This document shows positions 12,966 through 26,485 of a DNA stretch of 64,000 nt, piece by piece. Position numbers and translations under genes: made by a program. Position 1 is the first letter of the stretch. The number at the start of each line of letters is the position of its first letter. Below the pieces are notes generated by a model. The model searched no databases. It saw nothing but the letters and a program-made list of their open reading frames with translations, and was not told the origin of the DNA. Source of the stretch: Hypanus sabinus (Eukaryota); NCBI RefSeq assembly GCF_030144855.1, contig NC_082736.1, positions 6,386,001 through 6,450,000 on the forward strand, given 5' to 3'.

Positions 12966-13129
12966 AGTGTGTAAGATCCGCTTCTCTTTGTCCATAAGTG
13001 TGCGTTGCCTCGAGCGACATCCTTGGAACTAACCGACTTGCCGGGTCTAATGTCCTGGTTTTGATTTAATTTGGTCATTCAGTTGGAGTCTAATTGGTTT
13101 CATCCCGCATCGGTCCTCGACCATCTTAT

Positions 13130-14865
13130 TTTCACTATGGATGTCCAAACCCAATACACGTCCAGCAACTCCACACCCCCCGCACCAGGAAGGTCTCAAA
13201 GCTCTCCGCTTCCATCTGGATAACAAACCCAGCCAGCTCCCCTCTACCACCGTTCACCTCCTTCCGGCCGAACGTCCTCCCACTTCCTTTAAACACACGG
13301 TGTAGCCACGGACGCTGCCATGGGTCCCAGCTGTGCCTGCCTGTTTGTCGGTTACGTGGACCAGTCTCTGTTCCAAGCCAACACTGATATCGCTCCCTCA
13401 CTTTTCCTGTACTACATACATAAACGGCAGCATTGCGGTTCTTTCTGCACCCGCGTGGAATTCGTCCACTTCATCAGCTTTGCTTGTAACTTCCACCCAG
13501 CCCAAAAGTTTACCTGGTCCCTATCGGACACCTCCTTCCCTTTTCTCGATCTCTCTGTCTCTATCTCTGCAGACAGCTTGTCTCCTGATGCCTGTTATAA
13601 CCACAGACTCCCACAGCAACCTGGACTACACCTCTTCCGACCCCGTTACTTGTAACAACGCCAGTCCCTTCTCTCAATTCCTCCGTGTCCGCAGGAGGTT
13701 CATGCAAGAGCAAAGGAGATATCGTGTTTTTTTTCAAAGAAAGGGGCCTCCTTTCTTCCACCATCAAAGCTGCCCTCAACAGAATCTCTCCCATTTTGCT
13801 CACGTCTGCCCTTACCCCATACTCGCACCCTCCGCCAGGTTAGGGTTTGTCTTGAGGTCACCTACCTCCCCCCCCCCCCCCCCACCACCAGCCTCCGCCT
13901 CCAGAACACAATTCTCGGTAACGTCCGCCATCTCCGGCGGGATCCCACCACCAAACACATTTTTCCTCCCCCCTCTACTTTCTGCAGGGATCCCATGTGA
14001 ATCCCATGTGTGTTCGTCCCTCCCACTGATCTCTCTCCTGGCCCTCATCGTTGCAAGTGAAACAAATGCCCCTACACATCCGCCCTCATTACCATTCCGG
14101 GCCCCAAGAAATTCTTCCAAGTAAGGGGACACCTCAGCTGTGAGTCTTTCAGGATCATCTACCCTGTCCAGTTTGTCCAGTGTGGCCTCCTGTATATCGG
14201 TGAGACCCGCCACAGATTAGGAGTCCACTTCAGTGAGCACCTTACACTCCGTCCACCAGAACAAGCGAGATCTCCCAGCGGCCACCCATTTTAATTCCAC
14301 TTCCCATTCCAATGCCGACAAAATAGCCCATTAGCCCGAGGTCTCCTGTATTGTCACGATGAGGCTACACTCAGGGTGGAAGAGCAACACATTATATTCC
14401 ATCTGGGTAGCCTCCAACCTGATGGCATGAACATCGATTTCTCAAACGTCCGGTAATGCCCCCTCCTTCACGAAGCCCCATTCTCTTTTCCATCTCTGAC
14501 CTTATCCATTACCTCTCCGTCATCTCCCTCTGGTGTTCCTCCCCCTTTTCTTTCTTCCATGGTCTTATCCCCTTCCCTGTTATCCAGCCCAGTATCTCTT
14601 TCACCAATCAAAGTTTCAGGCCTTTAATTTAACAGACACCCCCCCCCACTGGTTTCACCTGTCATCTCGTGTGTCTTCCTCCCCCCCCCCCCCCACCACC
14701 CACCGTCTGGCTCTGATTCCTTGTTGTTTTTTCTCCAGCCGGGATGAAGGGACTCGGCCCGAAATGTCCACTGTATTTTTCCCACAAGTGCTACCTGCCC
14801 TGCTGACTTCTTCCAACATTTTCTGTGTTGTTTGGATTTCCATCACCTGCGATTTTCTCTTTGTG
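13130..14865 (+). mobile_element. Penelope-like retroelement, degenerate RT + GIY-YIG endonuclease + terminal repeat
   Basis: G.AMGPS.ACLFVGYV (RT), PFLDLSVSI, DSHSNLDYTS, then CES..IIY...C.CGLLYIGET...LG.HF.EH (GIY-YIG) at about 14130-14250, LGSLQPDGMNIDFS, and the terminal module at 14740-14865. Confidence 0.9.
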
Positions 14866-15104
14866 CCTCTCTCCATGTCCCTGCACACTAACATATTCAT
14901 GTGTCTCTCTAAAACCATCGTACACCCTTCCGTCTCTGAACCTGGCAGCCCGTTCCAAGCACCCGCCCCACTCCGTCTGAAAACGTGAGCCGCACATCTT
15001 CTTTAAACTCTCTCCCACTCCGACCTTACATTCATTTCCGTTAGAATTTCAAATCCTTACCCTGAGAACCAATTCTGACTCTGCCCAATCTATGTCTCTC
15101 ATAA

Positions 15105-15230
15105 AAACACAAAATGCTGGCAGACGTCGTCACTACCTCCTCCCATAGATGCTGTCTGGCCTGCTGAGATCTGCCAGCATTTTGTGTTTTTATTCATTTC
15201 CAGCATCTGCAGATTCACTCGTGTTGCCCA
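15105..15230 (+). mobile_element. PLE terminal-module mini-insertion with inverted 5' piece and 11-bp TSD
   Basis: TSD gtctctcataa at 15094-15104 and 15231-15241; leading aaacacaaaatgctggcaga is the reverse complement of internal tctgccagcattttgtgttt. Confidence 0.82.
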
Positions 15231-15579
15231 GTCTCTCATAACTTTCTGCCTCATAATTCGGTCAAGTTTCCTCTAGGCTCTGACATCCCAATGAAAGCTC
15301 AAACACTTTGATCAGGCAACGCCCGGGCAACGCTTTATAAATCCTGCTGATCCTTCCTATGAAGTGTCCATTCTTGCGGAATCTGGAACAGAGTCAGAAC
15401 AGGATTTAACGGGAAACTCTTGAGCGATGTTAATTCTATCTCTGATCCACGACACAGTGGATGATGACTAATGAACCAGTCTTAAACTCGCAGCGTCTAT
15501 TATAGTGAGTCATTACTCGGCCCTTGGAGTTCCTTGGAGTAAGTAGTTTAGTTGTTCTGTAGTCTAAAACTGTACAACC

Positions 15580-15651
15580 TGCGATGGCTGGGAATCGAAC
15601 CCGGATCAACTGCTTGGAAGGCAGCTATGCTCACCACTATACCACCATCGC
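15580..15651 (-). tRNA. tRNA-Gly (TCC), variant
   Basis: Minus strand GCGATGGTGGTATAGTGGTGAGCATAGCTGCCTTCCAAGCAGTTGATCCGGGTTCGATTCCCAGCCATCGCA; anticodon TCC; TTTT terminator about 11 nt downstream; one C-A mismatch in the T stem. Confidence 0.93.
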
Positions 15652-16289
15652 TCAATGATGTTGCAAAGGATTTGAGTAGTGAGGAGTCTTCCATAGTTCA
15701 ATGGGACTCCATCAGTCTCCAAGCTGCTGATTAAAATCTGGGCTGAAAAGGAAAAGTCAGTTACAGGCCAAATCGAGGTGGCGGGGACCAGGCCCCAAAT
15801 CATATCAAAGCGACTGAACCCAATGTCTGCACAATGATTTAGACGCAGGGCCAGATTGAAAAGGTCAGGTTGTTCTGCCTGAGGCCAGGGACAAGCCGGT
15901 TCAGTTCGCTGATCCACTCTGCACTGAACTAAGCATCTGTGCACAAACTCTCTTTGAGCATTTCAGTTTAAAACTCTACAGAATTTGCTTGTGTTTATTG
16001 TTTGCAGGATTTGTCTTTCTTTCTGCACATTGGGTGTTTGATGGTCTTATTTTATTAGTGGGTTCTTTTGGCTTTCTCTGTTTCACGACAGCCTGTTTGA
16101 AACAAACCTCAAAGTTGTATAATGTATACATACTTTAATAATAAATTCACTTTGTACATTGATTCAAAAACCTGATGCTTGAGGGATAAAATAAGGACAA
16201 AAAGATAACCAACTCAAAAATGATTCTCTTTTAATTATAGGCCAGGATGCAGAAGAGCGCAAAATGACAAATATTCTTCACTTTTTTAA

Positions 16290-17930
16290 GAATTGCAATA
16301 GGGACAAGATGGGAAACTATACCCTAGTGACTCTTACATTAGTGGTAGGGATATTACAAATTGCTGATATTATTGGAAAAGATATTTAACGATAGGATCA
16401 GCTTGCATCTGAAAAGGCATAAACAATTTCAGAGTAGCCAATATCGCTTTGCATGGGCAACGTCAAGTCTTGCGAACATGGCCGAACGTTTTAAGTGACA
16501 AATTCAATCGATGAGAGTTGGGTAGTGGGTATAGGACACATGGACTTTGGTAAAGCTTTCAACAAGAGTCCCCATGGTGGGCTGATCCACAGCATGGAAG
16601 CACATGGCTCAAAGGAAATTTGGTAGAGTATATTCAAAATGCAGCTTGTTCAGAGAACACAGAAGGTAATGGTTGAGTGGTGTGATTCTGACTGGAGACC
16701 TGTGAACAGTGGGGCCCACAAGAAATTCTACTCTTTGTGAAATGATTTGGATGAAAATGAAGGAGGGCTGATTTGTTGGTCTGCAGAGACACAGAAATTG
16801 GTGCAGTTATGGATCGTGAGGAAAGTTGTCAAAGGATTCAGCAGAACATAGACCAGCTGGAAATGTGGGCAGAGAAATGGGAGATAAGTCGGTGTACTCT
16901 GGGAAGTCAAATGTCAGAGGATTTCTTTGGAATTCCTCTCCCCATCAGAGTGGCTGGAATTACAGTTACGGCAGTGACATGCTCCACCTCAGGATGTGGG
17001 AGTCACTCAGTGTCCCCGATAACTTCACATGAGGGAAGTGCACCGAGGTGCAGCTCCTGACTGACCGTGTGAAGGAAATGAAGATGGAGATGGACAGACC
17101 GAGAGTTTCCAGGATGCTGAGACCAGAGGTTCAGTGAGTTGGTCACACCTGAGGTCAGAATGCAGACTGTTGTGTGACCATCACGACGGAAAGGGGAAGA
17201 GACAGACAGAGTAATGTCTCCCTGTGGCCGTGACCCTCAGCAACAAGTACACTCCTTTGGATACCCCTGGGATGACAAACCAGAGACAGCAGCTCGCCAG
17301 GTCGGTGGTACTGAGACCCCAGACCGATGCTCCGCGGGAGGAAAGGTCAAGCAGAGCAGTGATGACAGCAGACTCACAGTACAGGGGATGTGCAGGAGAT
17401 TCTGTGGCAGCAACAGAGATGACACGATGGTGTGTCGCCTCCTGGGTACTGGGGTCAGGTCCGTCTCAGACGTGCAGGATTTCCAAACGATAAACTTGCC
17501 AGTCGAGTCAGTGGTAAGGAAACCAAATGTCGGCATTCATTTCAAGAGGACTACAATATAAAAGCAAGGATATAAGCATTGGTCCGATCACACTTGGAGT
17601 ATTGTGAACTGTTTTGGGCCCCTTATCTACAAAGCTACATGCTCGCATCGGAGAGGGTCCAGAGGAAGTTCACAAAAATGATCCTGGCAATAAAAGGGTT
17701 AATGCACAAGGATTGTTTGATAGCTCTGGGCCTGTACTCTCTGGACTTTAGAAGAACGAGGGAATCTCATTGAAACCGATCAACTATTGAAAGGCCTAGA
17801 ATGGAGTGGGGAGGGTGTTTCCGATAATGTGTCAAGGACCACAGGGCACAGCCTCACAATACTAGGACATACTGTTAGAACAAAGATAAGGAGCAATTTC
17901 CTTAGTAAAGAGCAGTGAATCCGTGTAGCC
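16290..17930 (+). mobile_element. CR1 fragments including ORF1 (zinc-finger/coiled-coil + SGNH esterase) remnant
   Basis: RMWE..SVPDNFT.GKC..VQLLTDRVKE, PVAV.LSNKYT.LDT, RRFCG..RD..MVC.L.G..V; RT pieces on either side. Confidence 0.8.
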
Positions 17931-19390
17931 TATGTCAGGATGTTGCTCATTGTCTAGAGCTCAACATTTAACACTATCATTCCCACAGTCCTGATCAATA
18001 AGCTACAGAACCTGGTCCCTCTGCAAGTGGATCCTCGACTTCCTAACCGGGAAACCACAGTCTGTGCGGATTAGTGATAATCCACACAGATTGTGTGGAG
18101 ATATGGAGACGGGCTAACCCCTATTGACATCAATGGATCTCGGGTTGAGAAGGTAAACAGCTTTAAATTCCTCGGCATCAACATACCCGAGGATCTCACG
18201 TGGTCTGTACGTACCTGCTGTGTGCTGAAAAAGGCACAACAGCGCCTCGTTCACCTCCCAAATCCTAAGAACTTTCTACAGTGGCATCTTTTGGAGCATC
18301 CCGACTGGCTGCATCACTGCCTGGTATGGGAACAGTACCTCCCTTAATTGCAGCACAGCCCAGCGCATCTGTTGTTGTCAAATTCCCATGATTCAGGACA
18401 TTGACAAAGACAGTTGTGAGAAAAGGGCCCGAGGGACCATCGTGGACCCCAGTCACCCCAAGCACAATCTATTCCAGCAGCAACCATCCAGGAAACGGTA
18501 CCACAGCACAAAAGACAGGACCAACAGGTGTCTGGATAGCTCCTTCCACCATGCCATCAGACTGATTAACTCACGATGATTTGAGGGTACCTCTCTGTTA
18601 CACTGGCTGTTCTATTTATTATCAATTATTATAAATCACTGTGATTGCACATTGCATATTTAGACAGAGACATAACATAGATTTTTAATCCTCATGTATG
18701 TGAAGGATGACAGAAATAAAGTCAATTCAAATTCAACTATCTCCTCTTCACTGACGATCAACACTGGCCCTGCTGCACCTCAAGGATGAGTGCTTAGCCA
18801 ACTGCTCTACTCCCTCTAAGCCCATGACTATGTGACTAAATATAGCACAAATGCAATCTAGAAATATGCTGCATACAACCATTGTTGGTAGAATCTCAGA
18901 TGGAGATGATTGGACACACAGGAGTGAGATATACCAGCTAGTTGAGTGGTGTCACAGCAACAACCTTGGGCTTAATGTAAGTGAGACAAAACAGCTGATT
19001 GAAGGAAGGGTCAGATGAGGGAACACAAACCAATCCTCATATAGGGATCAGAAGTGGACACAGTGAACAATTTTAAGTTTCTGGGTGTCAATATCTCTAT
19101 TGATGCAGCTACAGTATAAAGAAGGCAAGACAACGCGTATATTTCATCAGGAGTTTGAAGATATTTGGTTTGTCACTTTAACACACCCAAAAACTGCTGT
19201 AGATGTATTCTATATATTATTTATAATATTTCTATTTTTGCACTATTTTAATTTACTTAATATACATATCCATATATCCAGTAATTTATTGTTTCTATAT
19301 TATCAAGTCCTGCATTGAACTGCTGCTGCTAAATTAACAAATTTCCTGACTCCTGCCGGTGATAATAAACCTGATTCTGGTCCTGACTCT
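17930..19390 (+). mobile_element. Rex1/Babar-like LINE fragments
   Basis: INGSRVEKVNSFKFLGI.I.EDLTWS....KKAQQRL; DPSHP.HNLF...PS.KRY; tail gataataaacctgattctg. Confidence 0.8.
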
Positions 19391-20058
19391 GAATTCATCC
19401 CCACAGACGGATGTGACCAATTAATTGGGTATATTTAATGTGGAATTTCTCGATTGTGGGTGGGGGCGGGATAAGTGTGTTTGAGAGGGTTAAGAGATCT
19501 GTCATGATCTCTTACTCCTGGCAGAATGGGGTAGCAGACTGGATGGGCCAAATGGCCTAATTCTGCTGCTGTGTCTTATGGTCCAATGGTCCAGGAGCAG
19601 CTGCAGGACATTTCAAAGGGAAGGTTGAGCAGCCGGACATCGTGGTGGACGGTGCGTGTTGGTAATAGCAACGCAGGGATACGGAGGGTTGTGTCCTGTG
19701 TAGTAAATTTAGAGAAATAAGACAGAAACTAAAAAGTAGTAAGCTCTGTATTACTCCCAGTGACACTTGTTAGTGGGGGGAGATATAGAGAGTTACCAGT
19801 GATGAACGTGTGGCTCAGGAGCTGGTGCAGGGGACAGAGTGCCAGGAATTGAGTGTTTTATAGACAGTAGTATTCACATTTTAATTTGACTTTTCGGTCT
19901 TATAAATATTTAATATTTGTATTTTCTATATTTGTGTGGATAATCTTTTACAATTTGGGATAGAAAAACGTTGTAACTAGATCACTGAACACTTCATGAA
20001 AACAGAACGTTACGGAAACATACTGTCAAAGTCAACATTTTAATCCAATGTAAGTTAA

Positions 20059-22330
20059 TAGAAGCATAGAAAACCTACAGCACCAAACAGGACTTTCGGC
20101 CCACAAAGTTGTGCTTAACATGTCCCTACTTTACGAATTACTGTGCTTACCTATCCAAATGTCTCTGAAAAGACCCTATAGTATCCGCCTCCACCACCGT
20201 TGCGGGCAGCCCATTCCACGCACTCACCTCCCTCTGAGTAAAAAACTTACCCCTGACATCTCTGTACCTGCTCCCCAGCACCTTAACCTGTGTCCTCTTG
20301 TGCAGCCAGTTCAGCCCTGAGAAAAAGCCTCTGACTGTCCACACGATCGATGCCTCTCATCATCTTGTACACCTTGGGCCTAAATGAAACGATGCTGACT
20401 TTGTCCTATTTTATCATGTGTCGCCAAGTAGCCCGAAAATACATCGAGTCCATCATCTTCCCGACCACTGAGGTCAGACTGACTGGCCTATGATTTCCTC
20501 TCATCTGCCCTTCTCCCTCCTTCAAGAGTGGAATAATGTTTGCAATTTTCCTCTTCTCCAGAGCCACGCCAGAATACAGGGATTATAGAAAGATTATTCC
20601 TAAAACTGCCACTATCTCTTCAGTCACCTCTTTCATAGCACTGGTGTAGAAAATCCCGTCCAGCTGATTTATCTACCTTCAGATCTTTCAGTTTCCCAAG
20701 CAGCTTTTCCACAGCAAAGGCCAATTCACTCATTTCTGCCCCCTGATTCTCCTGAATTTCCAGCAGACTGCCAGTGTCTTCCACAGTGAAGACTGATGCA
20801 CAATACTTATTCAGCTTCTCTGCCACTTCCCTGTACCCCATTACGACGTCTCCAGCATCATCTACTTTTGCCTCTCTTTTACACTTTGTATATCTGAAGA
20901 AACTTCTGGTATCCTCTTTAATACTAATGGCTAGTTTACCTTCATATTTCATCTTTTTCCTCTCAATGACTTTTTTAGTTGGTTTCAAAGTTTTGTAAAT
21001 TGTATAACTGAGTGTTAGGGATGTCTCAGAGCAGCTACTGAACAATGTTCACTCAGCCAGAGGTGGTGGTTCACGTCAGTAGCAGTGGACAGGTAGAAAA
21101 GGGATGAGGTCCCACAGTGAATATAGAGAGTTAGGGAACAAGTTAAAGAGCAGGACCTGAAAGGTTATAATTCTTGTGTTACTCCCAATGCTCTGTGGTA
21201 GTTCGGGTGGGAACAGAAAGTTAGAGCAGATGACTGTGTGGCTGAGGAGCTGGTGCAGGGACCGGGTTTCAGGATTCCAGAACACTGGAACCTCTTCAGG
21301 TCCAGAGGTGACATTTACAAGGGGGAGGGTGGTTTGCACCTTCACGGGGGGGGGGGGGGGGGGGTCTGTATCATGAGGTTCATTGTTGCTCCCTGGGAGG
21401 GTTGAAATGAGATTGACAGGGGGATGTGAACCAGAACACCTGTCACTGAATGGAGAGATTGACGCCAAGTTTGATGCTTAACACTGCAAGGATGGATTTT
21501 GAGGCAAATCCTCATCTGACATGAGTTTGTTTAAAGACAGCTGCACAGTGATTCAGGGCCAGTTTGTTCCTGTAAGGGGGAGGGTCCAGGATGGCAAGGT
21601 TCAGGAACCTTGGATGATGAGAGAGGAAGTAAATTTAGTCGAGGAAGAGTGAGAAGCATATGCAAGGCTTAGGAAGCTGGAATCAAACAGGGGGTTTGAG
21701 GATGATATTTAAAACACAGAAGGGAACACAAGAACATTTGGAGAGTGAGAAACAGTGATGAAAAATCTCTGATGAGCAGGATTAAAGATAACCCCACTGC
21801 ATTCTGTACATTCATTGTGGTGAAAAGGATACCCAGGGGTGCACGTCCAACATAAAGCATGGGTACACAGGTAATGGCAGGAACATTAACATACAGAAGG
21901 ATGCTGGGTCCGGGCAGATTGGTTCCCTGAAACTGGGAGCACAGGTTGACAGGGTGGTAAAGCCGGTGTACGGCATGTTTGCCTTCACCGGGCAAGGCAT
22001 TGAGTTCAATCACCAGGACATCATGTTACAGTTTATAAAATGCTGGTTAGGCCACAGTGAGAGCACAGTGTTCAGTTCCGGTCACCTCATTCTAGGAAGC
22101 ATATGGAGGTTTCGGTGCAGGTGCAGAAGTTGTTAAGCAGGATGTCTGGAGGAGGAGTGAGGTGAGGAGAGGCTCGACATGCTGGAGCTTTTTCCTCTGG
22201 AGTGGCGTCAGCTCAGGAGAGATCTGACAGAAATTTATACAGTTTTGCTGGTGTACACTGTCAGGGGTGGTGTCAGAGGCAGAGAGCACAGGGGTATTTA
22301 GGGAAGTCTTAAACAGACAGGAATTTGGAG
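20059..22330. mobile_element. CR1 fragments (minus 20059-21000; plus ORF1/ORF2 debris 21010-22330)
   Basis: RDVRGKFFTQR..SAWNGLP, KLAISIKEDTRSFFRY, esterase-like VIIL.LLP..N.WLRSWC, AYGMFAF.GQGIE. Confidence 0.75.
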
Positions 22331-23080
22331 AGAAGTGACTGGCAGGAGATACAGAAGACTGCAGGCACACTCAGCGATTCAGGAACAGCTTCTTCCCCTC
22401 TGCCATCTGATACCAAAATGGGCATTAAAACTATGGACACTACCTCACTTTTTTTAATGTACGGTATTTGTTTTTTTTTTACTTTTTTTTTAAATAACAG
22501 TCAATATACGTAACTGATTTACTTGTTTTTTTATTTTAATTAATAATTTTATAATTATTTTCTAGATTATGTATGACATTGAACTGCTGCGGCTGAGTTA
22601 ACAAATTTCACGTCAGATGCCGGTGATAATAAACTTGATTCTGAAATGTAAAACGCAAATGTTATTTTTCTGTGAGGCGATGAGAATCGCTCATGAAGCA
22701 ACGAACAGGCAATGTTCCCTCCTTCTGCACACCGGAACGGCCCGGGGTCAACCCGCAATGTGGAACCCAGACAACGCGGTTCCAGGTGATGAAGAGCGGA
22801 GTCGTTCAGTGATCGGAGATTAAATTCTCCCTCCCGGGGCTGACTCCGGAAGTTCATTTCATGACTCTGCGCCTAGGGAACCCGCTGACTCTCTGCAAGG
22901 GGAGAGAGCTCATTCGGTCTGCTGAGAGGGGAAAACGAGCCGGGACTGAAACGAACCGGTTTCTGTGCAGATTTATTCCGGTTTCTTTCGCGGAAGAAAC
23001 ATGTCGAGGCACTGACAGATGCAGGATATCAAAAGGACGGATAGAACCCGCCGCTCAGCCCTTCCAGAGCCATTGTGAGT

Positions 23081-23096
23081 GGCTCTGAAAAGAGCC
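23081..23096 (-). other. Histone mRNA 3' stem-loop (H2A)
   Basis: GGCTCTTTTCAGAGCC followed by ACTCA and purine-rich GGAAGGGCTG histone downstream element (HDE, U7 site). Confidence 0.96.
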
Positions 23097-23126
23097 TTTG
23101 GGTAAATAGATTCAGCTTACGTCGCT

Positions 23127-23552
<426 letters not shown>

Positions 23553-23573
23553 TCACCCCGCCCCTACTTGCCC

Positions 23574-23690
23574 TTTTTATACCCTCTTTGAGAATGCAAA
23601 GTGATGTTTGTGATTGGTGTGATCGTCCTTATTCTCATTGGTGAAGACAAATGCTCCAATCGAAGAACTGCCTTAATCACCAATCAGCAG
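23574..23690 (-). promoter_or_regulatory. H2A promoter: TATA, octamer-like, multiple CCAAT boxes
   Basis: TATAAAAA 23574-23581, CTTTGCAT 23594-23601, CCAAT motifs near 23613, 23637, 23656, 23680. Confidence 0.8.
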
Positions 23691-24054
23691 TCCGTAAAAG
23701 TAGAAGCGGGGAAAATAACCGTCTCCTCCCCAAAATGTATTGAAATCTGGAAAAAAGCCCGCCAAAAATAAACCTATTGTTCAAATTTAATTTCCAGTTA
23801 AATAATTGCAGATCGGTTACCCTCTGTTACTGAAACCAGGCATATTTGATTTAAGTGTAGTTGATATTGGAGTGTCTGGGAACTCAGTTCTCTAATTTCT
23901 TTCAACCCGTAACGGAACCGAATAAAACTGATCCTCAGCTTCTGCCCGCGGTCGGTCACTGTGTGAACGTTATCAGGTTATGGAAAACGGCTCTTCTCAA
24001 ACTTTGACCAGCGTCTAGTCTGCAATTTTATAAAGTTATTATATGAAAGAGCCA

Positions 24055-24155
24055 TCACGAGGAAAGCTGTAGATGCGGCAAATTCAAACAACACACAAAA
24101 TGCTGGTGGAACCCAGCAGGCCAGGCAGCATCTATAAGAGAAGGACTGTCGACAC
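24055..24155 (-). mobile_element. PLE terminal module between H2B and H2A
   Basis: cacacaaaatgctggtggaacccagcaggccaggcagcatctat..ctgtcgac matches the window-wide module. Confidence 0.8.
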
Positions 24156-24450
24156 TTCTCCATACGAAAGAGTCATGGGGTCTTTCAGGCTCGAGTTGAA
24201 AAGAGATTCAGGAGTTACCCAGCTGGAACCAATAAACACCGAACCCACAAATATAACGGCAGCAATCCTCCACTTGGCATGGATACCGAGTGGGACGGAC
24301 TGATGGGGAAGGGGGGGGGTAACAATTTCTTGTCAGTTCAGTGGGACGTTATTCCAACCGCGATCTAGCTCTTGTAAAAGTCACCAGACATAAAGTATGT
24401 GTAATTTATTACCGAAAAGCTAGTACAACTCTTCCATTGAAATTGTGAGT

Positions 24451-24466
24451 AGCTCTTAAAAGAGCC
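24451..24466 (-). other. Histone mRNA 3' stem-loop (H2B), basal G-U variant
   Basis: GGCTCTTTTAAGAGCT + ACTCA + GGAAGAGTTG HDE. Confidence 0.93.
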
Positions 24467-24497
24467 GTTGTGTTTTCGATCATCTCACTGGACAGCT

Positions 24498-24872
24498 TTA
24501 CTTGGAGCTGGTGTACTTGGTCACCGCCTTTGTCCCTTCGGACACGGCGTGCTTGGCCAGCTCCCCGGGCAGCAGCAGGCGCACGGCGGTCTGGATCTCC
24601 CGGGAGCTGATGGTGGACCGCTTGTTGTAATGGGCCAGGCGGGAAGCCTCACCCGCGATGCGCTCGAAAATATCGTTCACGAATGAATTCATGATGCTCA
24701 TGGCCTTGGAGGAGATGCCGGTGTCGGGGTGAACCTGCTTCATCACTTTGTAGATGTAAATGGCGTAACTCTCCTTCCTCGTCCTCTTGCGCTTCTTGCC
24801 AGACTTGCTCGCCGGTTTGGATGGAGCTTTCTTGGCGCCCTTCTTGGGAGCGGGTTTCGGTGCATCAGGCAT
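24498..24872 (-). CDS. H2B: Histone H2B, replication-dependent (124 aa)
   Basis: [16 protein letters not shown]...[26 protein letters not shown]...AVTKYTSSK; ATG at 24872; stem-loop downstream. Confidence 0.99.
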   Translation of the reverse strand: MPDAPKPAPKKGAKKAPSKPASKSGKKRKRTRKESYAIYIYKVMKQVHPDTGISSKAMSIMNSFVNDIFERIAGEASRLAHYNKRSTISSREIQTAVRLLLPGELAKHAVSEGTKAVTKYTSSK

Positions 24873-24924
24873 TTCCTCGTCGGTTTCAAACACAATAATA
24901 AGCAGAAGCTGTCCGGAGCGCGGA

Positions 24925-25045
24925 TTAAATAGGCAGCGCCCAAAGTGGTATGTTAATGAGGATGGGAACGCTGAGCATTCCCATTGGTTGTTTGGAGAAG
25001 GGAATCACCAATCGGAACGCTGGGGGATGGGAAGCGGCGCCAATG
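24925..25045 (-). promoter_or_regulatory. H2B promoter: TATA-like, octamer variant, CCAAT boxes
   Basis: TATTTAA 24925-24931; ATTAACAT 24950-24957; CCAAT near 24983, 25008, 25040. Confidence 0.7.
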
Positions 25046-26074
25046 TGTGGCGGTTACCGCTGTCGTTTAATGCGGGAGGAAGTACAGAAGGGCAGAGACA
25101 GGCGGGGGTGCGGGCTGAAATTGAAAAGAGAAACGCAAATTTCTAAAGCAGAATGAAAATAAAATCAGATGAAATATTGTTAAATTAAACACTGAGATGT
25201 TCATTTCATGACACAGGGCAGCAGGAGAGCGAAGGAGAGATTTAGACATTTCAATGCAAAGTTCAAATCGAGTTTATTTATGCACAGGTGAGAAGAAGAA
25301 CGGATTTGTAGCAGCATCACAGACACATTGCATCAGACACAACATTGACCAGAAACACTGGAATTAAATATGAATTATACCAAAATATTCAAATAGACAG
25401 AGAAATATCAGAACAAAATCTAAATAACAAAGAGATTATGCAGGCAGTGGGAGAATCACCCTCTTGTGCTTCTTCATCTCATCACTCTCGGTTCAGAGTC
25501 ACGCAACGCTGCCGCTTTGATCTGGCCCATGCCTTCATTCACCAGGTCCAACACTTGCCTTTATTGGATCTTCCTCCTCCTGACACTAGTCATCGTGTTT
25601 GTGGGGCTGTGTGTCCCCTTGGACCCCTGGATTAGGTTTGAGGTTCGGCCTGGTGGATGTATATATGCTGGGAGAGATAAGTCTGTAGAATTTAATATGG
25701 TGAGCTATGTGGGGCTACGGTGGATGGGGTAGTGTAGTGGAGCCACTCAGTTGCCGATGTGTAATTCTGCAAGTTGTGGGTATTTTCGACCTTGTTACTT
25801 GGCTTTATTCTGACCATTTGAGGAATAGAATGTTCTGAGGCCTAGTAATCAGGCTTTACCTCCAAGTACGGTTAAACTTCCCTACTCTAAATTTACACCT
25901 GTCTTTATTTTGCATCTGTGAGCCTGGGATTGCGTGGGTTAAATTAACAGAGTTTACTGCAGTACAAACTAGTGATTAATATTGGGCAGATTGATCCATG
26001 ATTCCAAAACGCAAAAATCTCTGAAATCCAGAATTTATTGTACTGACATTAGGTCACAAATGGGGAATTTTACC

Positions 26075-26485
26075 CTGGATTAAATGGCTTGTCTAATGAA
26101 GAGCATTTCACCTCACTAGGCCTCTATTCACTGGAAATTCGAAGGAAGAAGGGTTACTGAATTGAAACCTATGGAATAGTGAAAGGGCTTGAGTGAGTGG
26201 ATGTGGAGAGAACTTTTCCTGTGGTGGGAGTGTCTGTAACCAGACCACACAGCTTCAAAATAGAGGGGCATCCTTTTAGAGTGGAGATGAGGAGGGATAT
26301 CATCAGCCAGAGAGTGGTGAATCGGTGGTATTTTTGGCCACAGGCAACTGTAGAGGCTAAATCACTGGATATAGGCAGAGATTGGGGCTAAGAAGAAAAA
26401 TAGATCAGTGATGATGAAATGGCAGAGCAGGCTCGATGGGCCAAATGGCCGAATTCTGCTCCTATATCTGATGGTCTTATGGACT
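26075..26485 (+). mobile_element. CR1 3' fragment
   Basis: VDVERTFPVVG.S.TR.HS.KIEGHPFR.EMRR...SQRVVN.W; tail ctgctcctatatctgatggtcttatgg. Confidence 0.85.

Larger units (their letters stand above)
15728..20374 (+). repeat. Arm A of large inverted segmental duplication (partner 37080-42003)
   Basis: Colinear reverse-complement match across unique flanks and several TE junctions; ORF track shows near-identical peptides on opposite strands (16773+/39967-, 17214+/39503-, 16728-/40117+). Confidence 0.92.

Noticed and set aside
13333-14213. 263-aa and 133-aa ORFs as novel genes
   Set aside because: Off-frame or antisense readings of a decayed Penelope RT region with a poly-C tract.
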